Assembly (NCBI GenBank): GCA_964016885.1
Contig: OZ024742.1
Coordinates: forward strand, 153,822,001-153,886,000
Direction: 5' to 3'
Source of the DNA: Eledone cirrhosa
Taxonomy: Eukaryota
Length of the DNA stretch: 64,000 nt
Shown: positions 1 to 15,357 of the stretch, in pieces
Numbering within the stretch: the stretch's first letter is position 1
Layout of the letters: each line of letters opens with the position of its first letter
Notes under the pieces: generated by a model
The model's input: the letters and a program-made list of their open reading frames with translations, nothing else
Told to the model about the DNA's origin: nothing
Databases searched by the model: none
Position numbers and translations under genes: made by a program

Positions 1-35
1 TTACCGATTTCGCAGTTCTTCTGCTTTTCAAAAGT
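1..35 (-). ncRNA. Minimal hammerhead ribozyme, U3-A8 core variant (truncated by window edge)
   Basis: Minus strand UUGAAAA-GCAG-aagaa-CUGC-GAAA-UCGG-UA; perfect 4-bp stem II and near-palindromic stem III; 3' strand of stem I lies outside the window. Confidence 0.55.
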
Positions 36-898
36 AGAGTTCAGATGGAGGGTCTGTGGTTTTTCTCACATCTAGTTGGTCTCTGAATGTTACTTGTTTT
101 ATATGGACAATGTGGCTCGAAATGCCAGGTTTTTCGAGAAGTAATTTGATTGGTTGGTCAATAATTATAATAAATTTCACGCCAGTTCGCGTTATAAAGT
201 TCTTCAAACACGGGGGGGGGGGGGTCACAGGTTGTTTTTTTCATATTTGAATTTCTTTTTACTTAAAATAAAGGGGGGCTCACGAAGTTTTTTTCTAATA
301 AACGTAATTTGATTGGTTAAAAATGAAATTATGGCTGTCATGTGAACAAGTTTTCATTAAATTTTCGCGCCGTTATTTGGAAATCTATTCTGTATCCTTT
401 TTAGAGAATTTTATGACAAGCAAAAGATAATGGTCAAGAGAAATTGGATGGGAGAATTGTTCTGGTTCAGTGAATATGGTTAGTTCGCTGGGGTGTCAGA
501 ATTCAGATTTTCTATTGAAGTAAAGAAAGTAAAGATGTGTATGTTTATTTGTGTGCTTGTGTGTGTGTGTGTGTGTGTATATATGTATGTAGGAAAGTGA
601 TTCTATTAGTAGAAATGGGGGAGGGAGTTGTGTGGGTATGGGTGTTATGTGTGTGGGAGTATGGTTAGCATGTTAAGATGTAGATAATATATATATATTG
701 TGTGTGTGTGTAGGAAAATGATTCCTTAATAGGAATATTTTTGAATGAACATATTTTCCTTACTTATACGTATTTGTTCTGTTGTATTGTCAGTGCAAAT
801 GTATGTTAAGGTTTATTTAGTTCGGGTTTTTATTTTCTAAAGTAGAAGGTGTTATGTGCGTGTGTGTATGTCATATTATGGTGTTGACATAATGTATA

Positions 899-3143
899 TT
901 AAACCATATTTAATGCTGGTCTATATTTTTGAATAAACATATTTCCCTTATTTATTCGTATTTGTTCTGTTGTATTGTTAGCGCAAAGGTAAAGTGGGAA
1001 GACTTGAAATGTGGGTGTCTTATTACTTGCGCATATGTCTAGATGTGCGCTTAGAGGTATCTCTCTCGTGGTTGGATCTCGTAATTGTTGGCGATGAACT
1101 GTCATTCTGTTTCGGAGTGTGAGTTTAGTTTGTCCTATATAATCTTCATTGCATCCTTTACATTTAATGGCATAAAGCAGAATTTTTGATGAGCAAGTGA
1201 AGTGATTTTTTACAGTAAAATGTTGTCCTGATTTAAATGTATACGTGTTGCCTTCAATGAGGTGAGTGCAGGTTCCACAATTAGAGCGACCACATTTTTT
1301 TGACAGTTGGTTGTGGGTTTGTGGTAGGTAATTTGGCATTGGTGAGTAATGTTTTTAGTGATTTCGATTGTCTTTTGCTTTTGATTTTTTTGTGTGTTTC
1401 AAGGGCTTTTTTCATTCTTGGATTTTGGTTTAGTAGTGGGGTGTTCTTGTGAATAGTGTTGTAAGCTTCCGCATTTCTTGGGTTGTGTGTCGAGATATAT
1501 GATAGAATATTGGACGTACCTTGAATTTGTTTCTGTTTTCGTAATTCATCAATGCCTATTGCTTTAGCCCTTTCTATTCCATTATTTATTAGTAATGGTG
1601 GGTACTCTCTTTCGAGTAGAATTTCCTTTAGTTGTTGAAGTCTTTTATTTCGCGTTTTGGAGACAATTGTGCAAATTATTCTTGCTAGGTTAAAAGGAAT
1701 GTTCGTCTTCGTGTGCTTTGGTTGGTTGGAGGTGAATAGCAGGTATTGTTTGGAATCTGTTGGTTTGTAGTGTATGTCAGTTTCAATATTTGTGTCTTTT
1801 CTTAAATTAAGATGTCCAGAAATGGGAGTTGATCGTGGCTGTATTCCATTGTGAATTGGATGTGGTTATTGATGACGTTTATTAAGTTTTTGAAATCCTT
1901 CATTTGATCGAGTGTGTGGGACCAAAGAATGAGACAATCATGCAAGTAGCGTTTCCAATTCTCAGATAAATATTTGTGGAAGTTCAATCCGTATTTTGAT
2001 TTTGACTGTTCATATATCTGGACTTCTAAGTATGCCATGACTAAGTTGGCATAAGTTGGAGCGGCTTTTGTACCCATCGCAGTCCCCGATATTTGCGTGT
2101 AAGTACTGGCATCGAAATAAAAAAAAGTTGTTCTGCAAGATGAATTTTAATCCCTCGGTGATGAAGCTTTTTTTCTATTCTGTCAGGTATCTCATTGGGA
2201 TATTTCTCTAGTCAGAATCCTATTGCTTCTACTCCGTATTGGTGTGGGATCATTGTGTAGAGATTCACTACATCGAAAGACACAATAATAGTGTCGTTGT
2301 TGACATGTTTGGGGAGGTGGTGTAAGAGGTCCAGATCGTCTCTTACAAGGCTTGGTATGTGTTTGAGGTTTGGTTTTAGTAGTATGTCTATAAAGTTTCT
2401 CAGGCTGGGCCGCTACAATTGGTCTTAATTTAAGGTCTGTGGGGTATTGTGTGTTCACGCAGGCTGAGGTGGATTGTTTACAGGCATCGTTAATTATTTT
2501 ACACTTGTGGATCTTCGGAAGTCCGTAAATGTTGCTGGTTTTGTATTCAAAATGTGTTAAATAATCGCGTTCTTTTTAGTTAGGTCTTCCTGGTATCGAT
2601 AAATCAGTGTGTTTAATCTGGTCATTGTTTTTGATTACCGGTAGTTTTTTACTCTTATAGAGTAATTAGTATTTTGTAAGAGAGAGAACATAGAATTTTT
2701 ATATTTTTCAGCGTCCATAATGACAACAATACTTCCCTTGTCCGCTTCCTTAATTATAATGTCCGTATTGTTTTTTAGTTCATGGATAATCTCCCATTCA
2801 ATTCGACTCGTGTTGGGTTTGGGTTTAGGTTGCGGTAGTTCATGGTATGGGAAAGTAGCTATGTGGTCACAACATTTGTCCAGAACTCTACTTCTAGCTT
2901 TTGTTGGGTTGTAGCTGCTTTTATTCCGTACAATTGATTCGTCGTTATTCTCCTTGTCAAAGAATTCCTCTGTGAGACGTAATTTTCTACAGAAGTGTGA
3001 GATATCGTCATTTATCTCATTGGGGTTAGAATATTGTGGTGTTGGTGTGAATTTCAGTCCTTTGGAGATAAGTTTTACTTGTTGGGCTTAGAGGTTTGTA
3101 TTTGAAAGGTTGATTATTTGCGGTTTTTCAAAATCGGTTTGTG
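899..3143 (-). pseudogene. PLE reverse transcriptase + C-terminal GIY-YIG endonuclease, frameshifted
   Basis: Motifs IKEADKGSIVVIMD, YGLPKIHK, LRPIVA, FDVVNLY (A), GTAMGTKAAPTYANL (B'), WKRYLHD (C, damaged YLDD), LPFLD (E); Cys-rich linker CGRSNCGTC; EN LLYAIKCKGC..YIGQT..LRNRMTVH. Confidence 0.88.
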
Positions 3144-3736
3144 TCACTGGGTGTCGTGGGTCCTGTAGCCTTGGTCTAAAAAATGATTTTTCTGGAATGT
3201 TTTTTCAATGGTATTATTAAATCTCATGGTATTTCCCCTGTTGTTGTGTGGTCTTGTATAGAAGTTTCGGATGTATTGAGGTTCGGTTTGTTGATAGTCC
3301 GGGTAGTAGATTTTGTTCCTTTGCGTGGGCTGGGATCTACGGTTTTTGAACAGGCTCTGTGTGGGCTGGGGTCTACGGTTTTGGAATAGGTTTTGTGTGG
3401 GTTGTGATCTGCGGAACGCGTCCTGCCTTGTGTTCGGTGATCTTCGGTTTTTGTTAGTAGGGTTATAGTTTTGTCTATGGTTTCTAGGATTATCGTTATA
3501 GTTTTGCTGGGGATATGTTGGACATTTTGATACTTTTTTTGTTATTTGTTGTGCATGTGGTCTGTGAGATTTAGTTTGTTTTAAAAATGGGTTACCCGTA
3601 TGTTGTTCATTTTTGAAGTCCATTTCGTAGTTGTTGAACCAGGTGGCGTTTTTCCCATCGCTGGAGGAATGTTAGTTCTTCATCCTCCTCGCTGTTTTTT
3701 TCCAAGATTTAAGGTTTTTTCGTAGAGTAGGCCTTC

Positions 3737-3856
<120 letters not shown>

Positions 3857-4247
3857 GATATTAAATAAATGGAAACTATATTTATAAAACCATATTTATT
3901 TCATTATATATATTTCAGGGATATCATATTAACAATATGCTATGCCTTCCTCAGACAAAATACAATATAGACAGTTTTATAGATAAATAGATTTGACATA
4001 CCGTACAACATCGACTTGTATTTGAAAAGTTGAATTGGCAGTGAAAAAATTGTAAACAGAAAGAAAGAAAGAGAGAAAAAAGGATTCTTCTTTGTTCTTC
4101 TTTTTCTTAGTTTTCTGTCTTTCTTTCCTTTTTTCTCTCTTTCTTTCTTTCTGTTTACAATTTTTTCACTGCCAATTCAACTTTTCAAATACAAGTCGAT
4201 GTTGTACGGTATGTCAAATCTATTTATCTATAAAACTGTCTATATTG

Positions 4248-4313
4248 TATTTTGTCTGAGGAAGGCATAGCATATTGTTAATATGATATCCCTGAAATAT
4301 ATATAATGAAATA
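4248..4313 (+). ncRNA. Type I minimal hammerhead ribozyme in 5' pLTR
   Basis: tattttgt-CUGAGGA-AGG...CCU-GAAA-UAUAUAUA^atgaaata; inner hairpin catatt/aatatg in stem II; palindromic stem III; mirror copy on minus strand at 3897-3962. Confidence 0.8.
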
Positions 4314-4491
4314 AATATGGTTTTATAAATATAGTTTCCATTTATTTAATATCGTAAATATACTCCAAATACTTGTCGAGTGCTTTTATATCAGTTATAA
4401 ATATTTACTAGTTGTAACCCAACAATTTAAATATAACTTTCCATGTATCTTGCTCCAATACTGTTGAGCGCTTTATATTATAACTGAAAAA

Positions 4492-6708
4492 ATGGAATTC
4501 TTTAAGATTACTTCCTCTTTAAAAGACATACCTCTCCCTAGAAACAAAGACTTTATAAAACAATTAATAGATAAATCTGACTCTTTTATAAGGAGAATCA
4601 GGTGGCGAGCATTCCACTTTGATAAATCTAATATAAATGAAAATGTCTCGGACTTAAACAAAGTTTTCAAATCTAAAAGAAATCCACCCCCTAACAGACT
4701 TTTATCTGACTTTGAAAACGATATAATTTCTATCATACAAGGGGTCAAATTCAAGAGAAACTTCAAAGGCCAGGAATATATGAAAGGCATTAAGGATAAT
4801 ATTGAGAGCTTAGAGAAAACTGAGAAGATCTTGGTGAAATCTGACAAGACCAACAACCTCTATGGAGTGCAGAAAGACATGTATAATGGCCTCATACTGA
4901 AGGAACTGAGGAAAAAGTACAAGGTAGCAGATAAGGCCGAGCTTGAGAAAATGAATGTCGAAGCATCTTGTATAATGCACGAGTTGGAAATTGAGAACAG
5001 AACACAACCTTTCGTGCCCAGGAAAACGAAGATCAATATGAAAGATCACAAGAGGAATTTTGAAAATGACTTGCCAGTTAGATTGATCGCACCATCAAAA
5101 TCGGACCTGGGCAAATTAAGCAAAAACATTCTTGACAGGGTGATACAGCAAATTAAGAACTTGGATTGTTTATCTAACCTGAGCTTGTGGAAGGGAACTG
5201 GAGAGGTTGTTGAGTGGTTTAAGCAAATTAAATATAACAATAATAATAAGTTTATTCAACTTGATATTGCTAACTATTATTATTCTATTACCCCTAATCT
5301 ACTAAATAAGGCACTAAATTACGCATTCAAACATACAGACCTAACTAGCAATGAAATGCATATTATATTATCGGCTAGGAAAACATTGATAGAATTTAAT
5401 GACCAACTATGGACCAGAGCAGATAGAGATAGCAATTTTGACATTACTATGGGATCATCCGACTCAGCTCAGGTAACTGACCTTGTGGGCTTATTTTTAA
5501 TCAATTCGCTACATAGGAAAATACGTGGTACTACCGGAGGTTTATATAGAGATGACATGCTTTTACATATTGATGATAATAACTCTGAAATAAATAGAAA
5601 ATGTAAACAAATTACACAATTTTTTAATTACTTTAATCTTAAAATAGAAATTGAGAACAACCACAGAATAGTCAATTTCCTAGATATAACATTAAATCTC
5701 AACACATGTCTTCACTATCCTTTTCACAAGTTGAATGAAAACTTAAACTATGTCAGCTTTAACTCTAACCACCCCAGATCTGTCAAAAACACTACAGTAA
5801 ACTCTGTTCAAAAACGTATCTCTAGAATCTCGTCTAATAGAAAGATTTTCGACGAAAAAGCCCAGTACTACAATGAAGCGTTAGCTAGAGCAGGATATGC
5901 TGATAAGATTATGTACATAGATAATGATAGACAAACTAAACAAAATAACAACTATTTTAATTACGGCAACAACCTTAACAACTATAATAGAAAGCATTAC
6001 AATAATTCCAAAGGCCAAAAAAGAAATAGAACTAGGAACATAATTTGGTTTGCCCCCCCCCCCTTCTCACTAAACATTAAAACCCACATCGCTAAACTAT
6101 TGTTTAAAGCTCTCGATAATCGCTTCCCTAGAACACATAGGTATCACTCAATTTTCAATAGACATACTATAAAATTAACCTACTCATCCACCAAAAATTT
6201 AGCACAAAATATTAATAGAATAAATAATAGGAACTTAAAACCTAATGATAATAGCATAAATAATATACAAGTTAACAAATGTAACTGTAGAGATAGATCT
6301 AAATGTCCGTTAAATAACAGCTGCTTAGTTAAAAATATAATATACAATTGTAATGTTAAAACTGACTCTAATTCTTTTAACTACGTCGGTTCCACATCGA
6401 CGGAATTTAAACTTCGCTATAATAAACACAAGAATTCTTTCACAGATCCAAGCAAAAAATCTTCAACGGTACTATCAGGCGTACTCTGGCAACTTAAGCT
6501 AGATAACGTTAGATATTCGACGGCTTGGAATATAGTCTCAAGAGGGATTCCTTTTAATTCATCCTGTGAGACATGTGACCTCTGCGCAGAGGAGATATTC
6601 TTTATACTAACATCTAAAAATTCCCTTAATCTACGGACAAATTTATTCAGTTGCTGCAAACATAGATTAAACTCAAATTTTAAATATGAATTTAAATTTA
6701 AAATGTAG
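4492..6708 (+). CDS. PLE polyprotein, 738 aa: reverse transcriptase + Cys linker + GIY-YIG endonuclease
   Basis: KSDKT, PVRLI, IQLDIANYY (A), ITMGSSDSAQ (B'), GLYRDDML (C), VNFLDI (E), CNCRDRSKCPL linker, IIY..YVGST..FKLRY..H, AWNIV, CDLCAEE. Confidence 0.93.
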   Translation: MEFFKITSSLKDIPLPRNKDFIKQLIDKSDSFIRRIRWRAFHFDKSNINENVSDLNKVFKSKRNPPPNRLLSDFENDIISIIQGVKFKRNFKGQEYMKGIKDNIESLEKTEKILVKSDKTNNLYGVQKDMYNGLILKELRKKYKVADKAELEKMNVEASCIMHELEIENRTQPFVPRKTKINMKDHKRNFENDLPVRLIAPSKSDLGKLSKNILDRVIQQIKNLDCLSNLSLWKGTGEVVEWFKQIKYNNNNKFIQLDIANYYYSITPNLLNKALNYAFKHTDLTSNEMHIILSARKTLIEFNDQLWTRADRDSNFDITMGSSDSAQVTDLVGLFLINSLHRKIRGTTGGLYRDDMLLHIDDNNSEINRKCKQITQFFNYFNLKIEIENNHRIVNFLDITLNLNTCLHYPFHKLNENLNYVSFNSNHPRSVKNTTVNSVQKRISRISSNRKIFDEKAQYYNEALARAGYADKIMYIDNDRQTKQNNNYFNYGNNLNNYNRKHYNNSKGQKRNRTRNIIWFAPPPFSLNIKTHIAKLLFKALDNRFPRTHRYHSIFNRHTIKLTYSSTKNLAQNINRINNRNLKPNDNSINNIQVNKCNCRDRSKCPLNNSCLVKNIIYNCNVKTDSNSFNYVGSTSTEFKLRYNKHKNSFTDPSKKSSTVLSGVLWQLKLDNVRYSTAWNIVSRGIPFNSSCETCDLCAEEIFFILTSKNSLNLRTNLFSCCKHRLNSNFKYEFKFKM

Positions 6709-8048
6709 TGTATTTGGTTTGATTTATAATTATTTGGGAAACTAGCCGATAAATCTTTCGATTTCTTCTTTTTATTCTTCTTTTTATTTTTATTTTTATT
6801 TAAACATTCTTCATGAAAAATTAAACTACCCTAAAAGTTGATGATCCAAATATTTCGAATAACCGTTACACTAGATAAACTTCTATATTAAATATAAGAA
6901 CACATGTAGACCAAATGGGCATCCTAAACTTTTTGAAATGATTTTTGCTAGACGCGATTTGATAAATAATTTTTAGCTTTATCTGTTTTCGACTCTGATG
7001 CTTATAATGAACTTGGCAATATATTGTCAATTAATTTTGAAGGGTTGATCTTTGTGGTTTATTTTTATTATTGTAGTATTTTCTAATATTTTTATTTTTA
7101 ATATGTAATATTTTTAATATGTAATATTTTTTCGTAATATTTTTTAGTTTTCTATTTTATTATTATTTATTATTATTAATATTGTTATTTTTTTTTGGTT
7201 TTTGTTTTTGATATATTTTTTTTAATATTTTTTTTATTAATATATTGAAATCTGCTCTCTATTTCTGCTTGATAGATAATCATGTAGAGTAAAGACAAGA
7301 ATAGTAGTAATATAGACTCTATATATATATGTGTATATATATACACATATATGTATACTTAAATTTTTATAGCACAATGAGAATGTTTTCCGTGTGAACT
7401 TAGGGTTTGCAGAGTTGATCATGTAAATTCACATCGATGTTTGTAGTTATCATATAAACATATGGATTTTAAAACTAAACATAAGATCATTACTTTTCAC
7501 ACATTATGGATACGTGTCTCATTCAGGAATACTGATATTTACAATATAGTGCCTGATTTTTATACATACTAATACTGCTACATTAAAACATAGGCTTTTT
7601 ATGCCTCGCCTATGTCTGGTTACTTTTCATTTTTCTCTCTATATAACAGCTGGTTTCTCTCCTAACCACATATATCTCCTTTACATTAATACTAGAGCTA
7701 AATAAATAAATAAATAAATAAATGTATCATTGATACGTTTACTCAACGGATGTCCAACTACCTATTTCTCTCTATATATATCTATCTCTATCTATTTCCT
7801 CCCTCTATATATATCTCTCTCTGTTTCTTTACATGAAGTTCTTCTCTTTATCTATCTTTCCATCTCTCTATTTTGTTCCATGCATTTCTTCTTTTTTCTT
7901 CTTTTTCTTAGTTTTCTGTCTTTCTTTCCTTTTTTCTCTCTTTCTTTCTTTCTGTTTACAATTTTTTCACTGCCAATTCAACTTTTCAAATACAAATCGA
8001 TGTTGTACGGTATGTCAAATCTATTTATCTATAAAACTGTCTATATTG

Positions 8049-8114
8049 TATTTTGTCTGAGGAAGGCATAGCATATTGTTAATATGATATCCCTGAAATA
8101 TATATAATGAAATA
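8049..8114 (+). ncRNA. Type I minimal hammerhead ribozyme in 3' pLTR
   Basis: Identical to 4248-4313. Confidence 0.8.
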
Positions 8115-8241
8115 AATATGGTTTTATAAATATAGTTTCCATTTATTTAATATCGTAAATATACTCCAAATACTTGTCGAGTGCTTTTATATCAGTTATA
8201 AATATTTACTAGTTGTAACCCAACAATTTAAATATAACTTT

Positions 8242-8318
<77 letters not shown>

Positions 8319-8345
8319 TATATACATATATATACATAAATATAT

Positions 8346-8448
<103 letters not shown>

Positions 8449-9180
8449 TTAGTATGTATACGTACATTCGTATATGTATACAGACGTACAGTAGTATGTA
8501 TATATATACATACATGCACACATATATATATATATGCACGTATGGATTTATTGAACATTTATTATAATGCTCGGTTTGTTTGTAAACAAACATCCCGAAC
8601 TAAGAACGTACAGTGTTTAGCAACCATCGTTGCACTTTTGTTCAACACTGACAAAGGAAAGATGTACTAGTTTCAAGCTTATTAGCTATCTTCAGCACCG
8701 TATACATTCCTGCCAGATGATTGAATGTGTGAAAGTATACACTTTTCTTATGCATATTAACGGCTGAGCAGCCTAATTTGCATATTGAGTGAGTTAATCG
8801 GCCGGGCGCACCGAAAACGATAAATGGAAAAAATGAAACGAAATTTCGCCTTCAGAGTTAAGGATAAATAAAATAAAATACAGAGGTAAATGAAATTAAA
8901 TAAATACATACACGCATCCATATACGTACATACACGAGCATACGCGAAATCACTCTCCATAGGTATACAAACACAAGCACGTACACAAAAAAAAACCGCA
9001 TCTACATACAGAAGCCACGTAACGCCTGTACCCGCACGCATACGAATGTATACACCAAAAACACATAATATATATATAAAAATATATATATATGTGTGTG
9101 CGTGCGTGTATACATATAATTAAATAAACGTATATAAATAAATACGTATATAACGCGCGCACACACAATATATATATATA

Positions 9181-10982
<1,802 letters not shown>

Positions 10983-11409
10983 GAAAGTTATAGAAAGTAT
11001 TGTAGCAAGAAGCCAACAGTATTCCATAATATATAAGTGATTATAGCGTCAAAATGGGAAAATAGTTAAAGTAAGATGTTGAAAAAATTTCAAACTCAAT
11101 TCAAAAAGAATCAGGTGATGCATTTATCCAACAGAATTTAGTGAAATCCAGGGAAAAATCAACAGAGCCTTAACTCATGATAAAATAAAATTTAAAATAC
11201 TCATCCTTCAATTTAGAACAACTAGAAATACTCTGTATAATTTTAAAAAGACTATTTCACGAAAACTTTCAGTGGGGATGGTCACTGTTGGAAATCGATG
11301 CTCAGCAGAGCTCAACATGATAACCAAAATCTCACTGATTAATATGCCAAAAAGGGAATTTAAAGGCAGGCTAGTTCAACATCATGCATGATTATGAAAA
11401 TAAAACGCA

Positions 11410-11548
<139 letters not shown>

Positions 11549-12004
11549 TACCTAAGATGCTTCCATAGGCGGTATGACATGATGGAGAAGGCGTTTCCGC
11601 GGAGGACTGCAAGGGAAAATCGCTGGAAAAGCCACTCCAACTCGCGGCGTTCACACATGTTCTATGGTGCAACACAAATATAAACAAATGTGTATACCTG
11701 TTGATGCTTATAGATATACACGTGCCGATACGCACACATACACATACGCACACGTGTATTGTACATTCGTGGGGTGCATACGTATTTGTACACACGTATC
11801 CCATACGGCAGGGCCTAATGTATTCCCCTTGCAGTACGTACAATCTGGACTCACACACGCCTTGTTGTTATGGCAATACTATACATCAATTAATCTCTTT
11901 TATTATAAGACAAGAGCTGAAAAATAACCTCCCCCACACACACGCGTACACACACATTCCTACTGACCTATTCATTTACATTATCACGACAATTAACCAC
12001 TTTG

Positions 12005-12070
<66 letters not shown>

Positions 12071-12099
12071 ACACACATATTTGTCTTAATAGACACCTG

Positions 12100-12568
12100 A
12101 ACTTTTGACATCATAACATGACTGCAACTCAATCAAGCGGAAAACGATACTCTTCGACAAACCTACATTTGGCGCGAAACCAGTTCGCGCTAAAATCAAT
12201 TTAAACATTCACGTGACTTCTACCGACCTATTAAAATTGTTTTGACTACAAACATTTCTGCAACATGAATCGGCGCGAAATTTATAGTGTTTATTCACGT
12301 GACATTCAACAACCAACCAAATTTTAATACCTCCCAAGCAACTTTTTTCACATAAAACGGGAACATTTTCCCAAACTGATCGGATTACAGCAAAAATGAT
12401 GAGCACTCTCTCTCAAAATAATTTTTGAAAAGCATAAGAAATACGCAACCGGTAAAACCTTAAAACTAAAACTGAATACTAACTAATATTTATTACTCAT
12501 TTATACTTGTTCCTAATTAAACTATTTTTCACTGGGAAAAATCTGTCACCATTCTCTTTTCCTATTTC

Positions 12569-12570
<2 letters not shown>
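12100..12570 (+). mobile_element. Diverged solo pLTR related to the element at 1-420
   Basis: Shares ggcgcgaaa...ttcacgtgac...aaccaa and ttttgaaaagca.aagaa...cggtaa motifs with the reverse complement of 1-372; preceded by (CA)n, followed by (TA)n. Confidence 0.5.
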
Positions 12571-12615
<45 letters not shown>

Positions 12616-12621
12616 TATATA

Positions 12622-13586
12622 CTAGCAGCAGGACCCGGCGTTGCACGGAGTAGGAGACGTGAAATAGCAACACGCATATGTAAAGATTGAGGAATGTAGC
12701 GGTGTACTATTTGAATGTCCTTAATCTCAGGGAATGATTGAGGAGCGAGTAGTCAATTGTGTGAAAACCAAGTAGGGATGTACGTTTAAGTAGGGATATT
12801 GAGATGACGAAATCCTATGTGGCAACGCAGCTGCATCAGAAGGGGTTATAGTGCAATTAGCACAAACGCTGGGAGGCACTGGTTGCACTGCGTTTACATA
12901 GCAATAAAGGTGCGGCAAAAGGATTCACTGCGGAATTAGTAGAACCGCTGTTCGGCGTACTTGTGCAGGGCGTTCATACTGCGGTGTAGGTGCCACAAAA
13001 GGGGTCTTGGTAGAAGTAGCACACACGTGAGTTTCACGGTGTAAATAACACGATAACGTACACAAGGCCCGGATTTGTGCCTAATGAAAGTACGAAGCGT
13101 CAATAGGGTGCCGACAAAAATGTTAAGGTCCTCCTCATTTCTTCAATCACCCGAAGTTTGCTTAAAATTAAGTAAGAGTTGTGTCCTCTGTTAAATAAAC
13201 CAAATTTTTAACGAAATATTATACGCTTCTTACGATGTTTATGTAGCTTTTATATTGAAAATAAAAATGGCATGTAATGCCCAATGCTAATTCGTAAATT
13301 TCCTAGAAACCAGTAAGGGAATAGGAATTTATTTTATCCACTGCAATGAGAGGGGGCTAACTAATATGTGCTGCAAATTTGGAGGAAATCAGCTGGATTA
13401 TCTTTACGTTACATCGCAAAAAAGCATTAAAATGCCTTTAAAATGCGGTTGTTTGCCTAATGCAGAAAACCTTAATTCTTTTAGCGCATTGCATTTCAAA
13501 ATATGAAACTAACGCATGTGTAAAGTTTGAAAAAATCGGTCGGATACTTCTCGAGTTTTAGAGATTTACACAGACAGACTCTATTT

Positions 13587-13595
<9 letters not shown>
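12622..13595 (-). mobile_element. Non-autonomous Helitron
   Basis: Minus-strand 3' end with GC hairpin ccgtgcaacgccggg followed by ...gCTAG|t; 5' region tatataaaatagagtctgtctg resembles the Helitron at 21780. Confidence 0.7.
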
Positions 13596-13620
<25 letters not shown>

Positions 13621-13621
13621 T

Positions 13622-15235
13622 ATTAAAGAGTTAAACAAGATTCAATGAGTACATCAAAGAATATGTTTTACAGTAGATTCTCTAACTGCCTTTGTAAAGT
13701 CTTGTCTACACTCCACGCCTCCCATAAGACCAGGAAAAAAGTAACCAACCAAACTCGGTTTTTAGACGTACATAATCAACAGTTGAAAACCTTAAAGGCC
13801 TTTATCTTATAACTATCTATAAAGGAAATAACGTTTGAATGAATGACACTTGTTTAATAACATGTTGACACGTTGTTATACATAACATAATATTATTAAC
13901 TTTGATCCATACCATTATTTCTATATATTTATTTTTCTATCTATGTTTAAAATATAGTTCAAATATCCAACCTGTAAATTTGTACGGACCTTATTTTGAA
14001 CTGTGAAACATTCATGCGTTTTCACTCTTTTATATATATATATATATGTACTTACCTTGTGCATGTTTGAATTTATTATCTAAGAGTATAAGCGTTATCA
14101 TTTACCAAAAGCATACTGTCTTATTAATAATTAGTATATCTCTCTATATATATTTTTTGGCAAATACGTGTATATTGTATAATAACATAATCATATTATT
14201 AGTTACATATATCTCTGCATTTGTTTCTTTTTTTTGCTTTTTTTGCATCTATATTTATAATGTATAATAACTTAATCATAATTATTGTTTCGGTATAACG
14301 TTATATATAGTTTGTGAAATATAAATATATTGTACAATAACTTAATCATTATTTTGAGTTCATTCTTCCCATAAAGGTAGAACTAATATAGTGATTTAAT
14401 ATAATAAAATTAATATTAATTTATTACGATAAATGCACACATATATATATATATAAATATATATAGCTGAAAACTCTGCGTCAATAACTATACTTTAGAC
14501 AATGTATCTACATGACAATAAATTCTTCGATATTTGTAACAGTAAGTACTTCAGAAAGTATACATACATACAATGTTGACACTGTTATATGTATTTTTTG
14601 TTAAAGATTACATTTAAGTGATAATTCAACAGTGTATAGTTTTCTTTCGCGGGCCTAGAACATCCTTTAATATTGTTTTCATAAAATTCAGAATTTTAGT
14701 AATGTAACACATTTAAAACATTTATAAATGTTATAAAATTAATATAAATAACCATCAACTTTTAAAAACTTAAAATGTTGTTTCTTCACCCTAAAATAAC
14801 AAATAAAATATTTTGGAACTTAACCGCTAATTCATTATGGGGAAAAATATTTGCATAAATTACGCCCCTTTATCTCTCCCTCTCTTTCATTATCTCTCGG
14901 TTGCCTTCATAAACTGTGATAACATTATATTTCCAGAGACGTCTTCCTCTATAATCCTAATTTGTAGTATCCCACATTTTTAAATATCTATAACTGTTAC
15001 ATTAAAGCAACGTTTTCCTTACTCATACCTTCTCTATTGAATCTATTAGGTTTTCGCATTTTCTCATTATTTGGGTATAAATGTTAAGTTTTCTCATAGG
15101 TTAATCACTACCTTGATAAAATGTTAACCATTTAACATCTCAGGGTATTTCATGTATCATTATATTTTGTCTGATGAGGACGTACTGTTGTACATCTGAA
15201 ATACCTATAATAAAATTTTAATATTTTTTGTTAAT
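13622..15235 (+). mobile_element. Non-coding HHR-bearing PLE derivative (same family as 22732-23445 and 26975-27295)
   Basis: Start ttaaagagttaaacaa matches 22732; 14780-15230 aligns to 22990-23440; bounded by (TA)n. Confidence 0.6.
15164..15216 (+). ncRNA. Hammerhead ribozyme
   Basis: attttgt-CUGAUGA-GGA-cgtac tgtt gtac a-UCU-GAAA-uaccuaUA^ataaaat. Confidence 0.72.
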
Positions 15236-15357
15236 ATATATATATACACACTTTTACACTTTTACCTGTGCCAGCCATCCGGCTGAAGCCATGCTGGGGC
15301 ACCACTAAAATCAATTGATTCTTTTAGTTTCAGAAGATATACTATATATATATATAT

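Noticed and set aside
4473-6659. Antisense ORFs overlapping the PLE CDS
   Set aside because: Shadow frames of the real ORF with no motifs
4492-6708. Naiad-type (N-terminal EN, selenoprotein) PLE or telomerase
   Set aside because: The endonuclease is C-terminal, there is no in-frame UGA, and no TERT-specific motifs were seen
10980-11400. A-rich stretch resembling a decayed LINE
   Set aside because: No diagnostic RT or EN motif could be read
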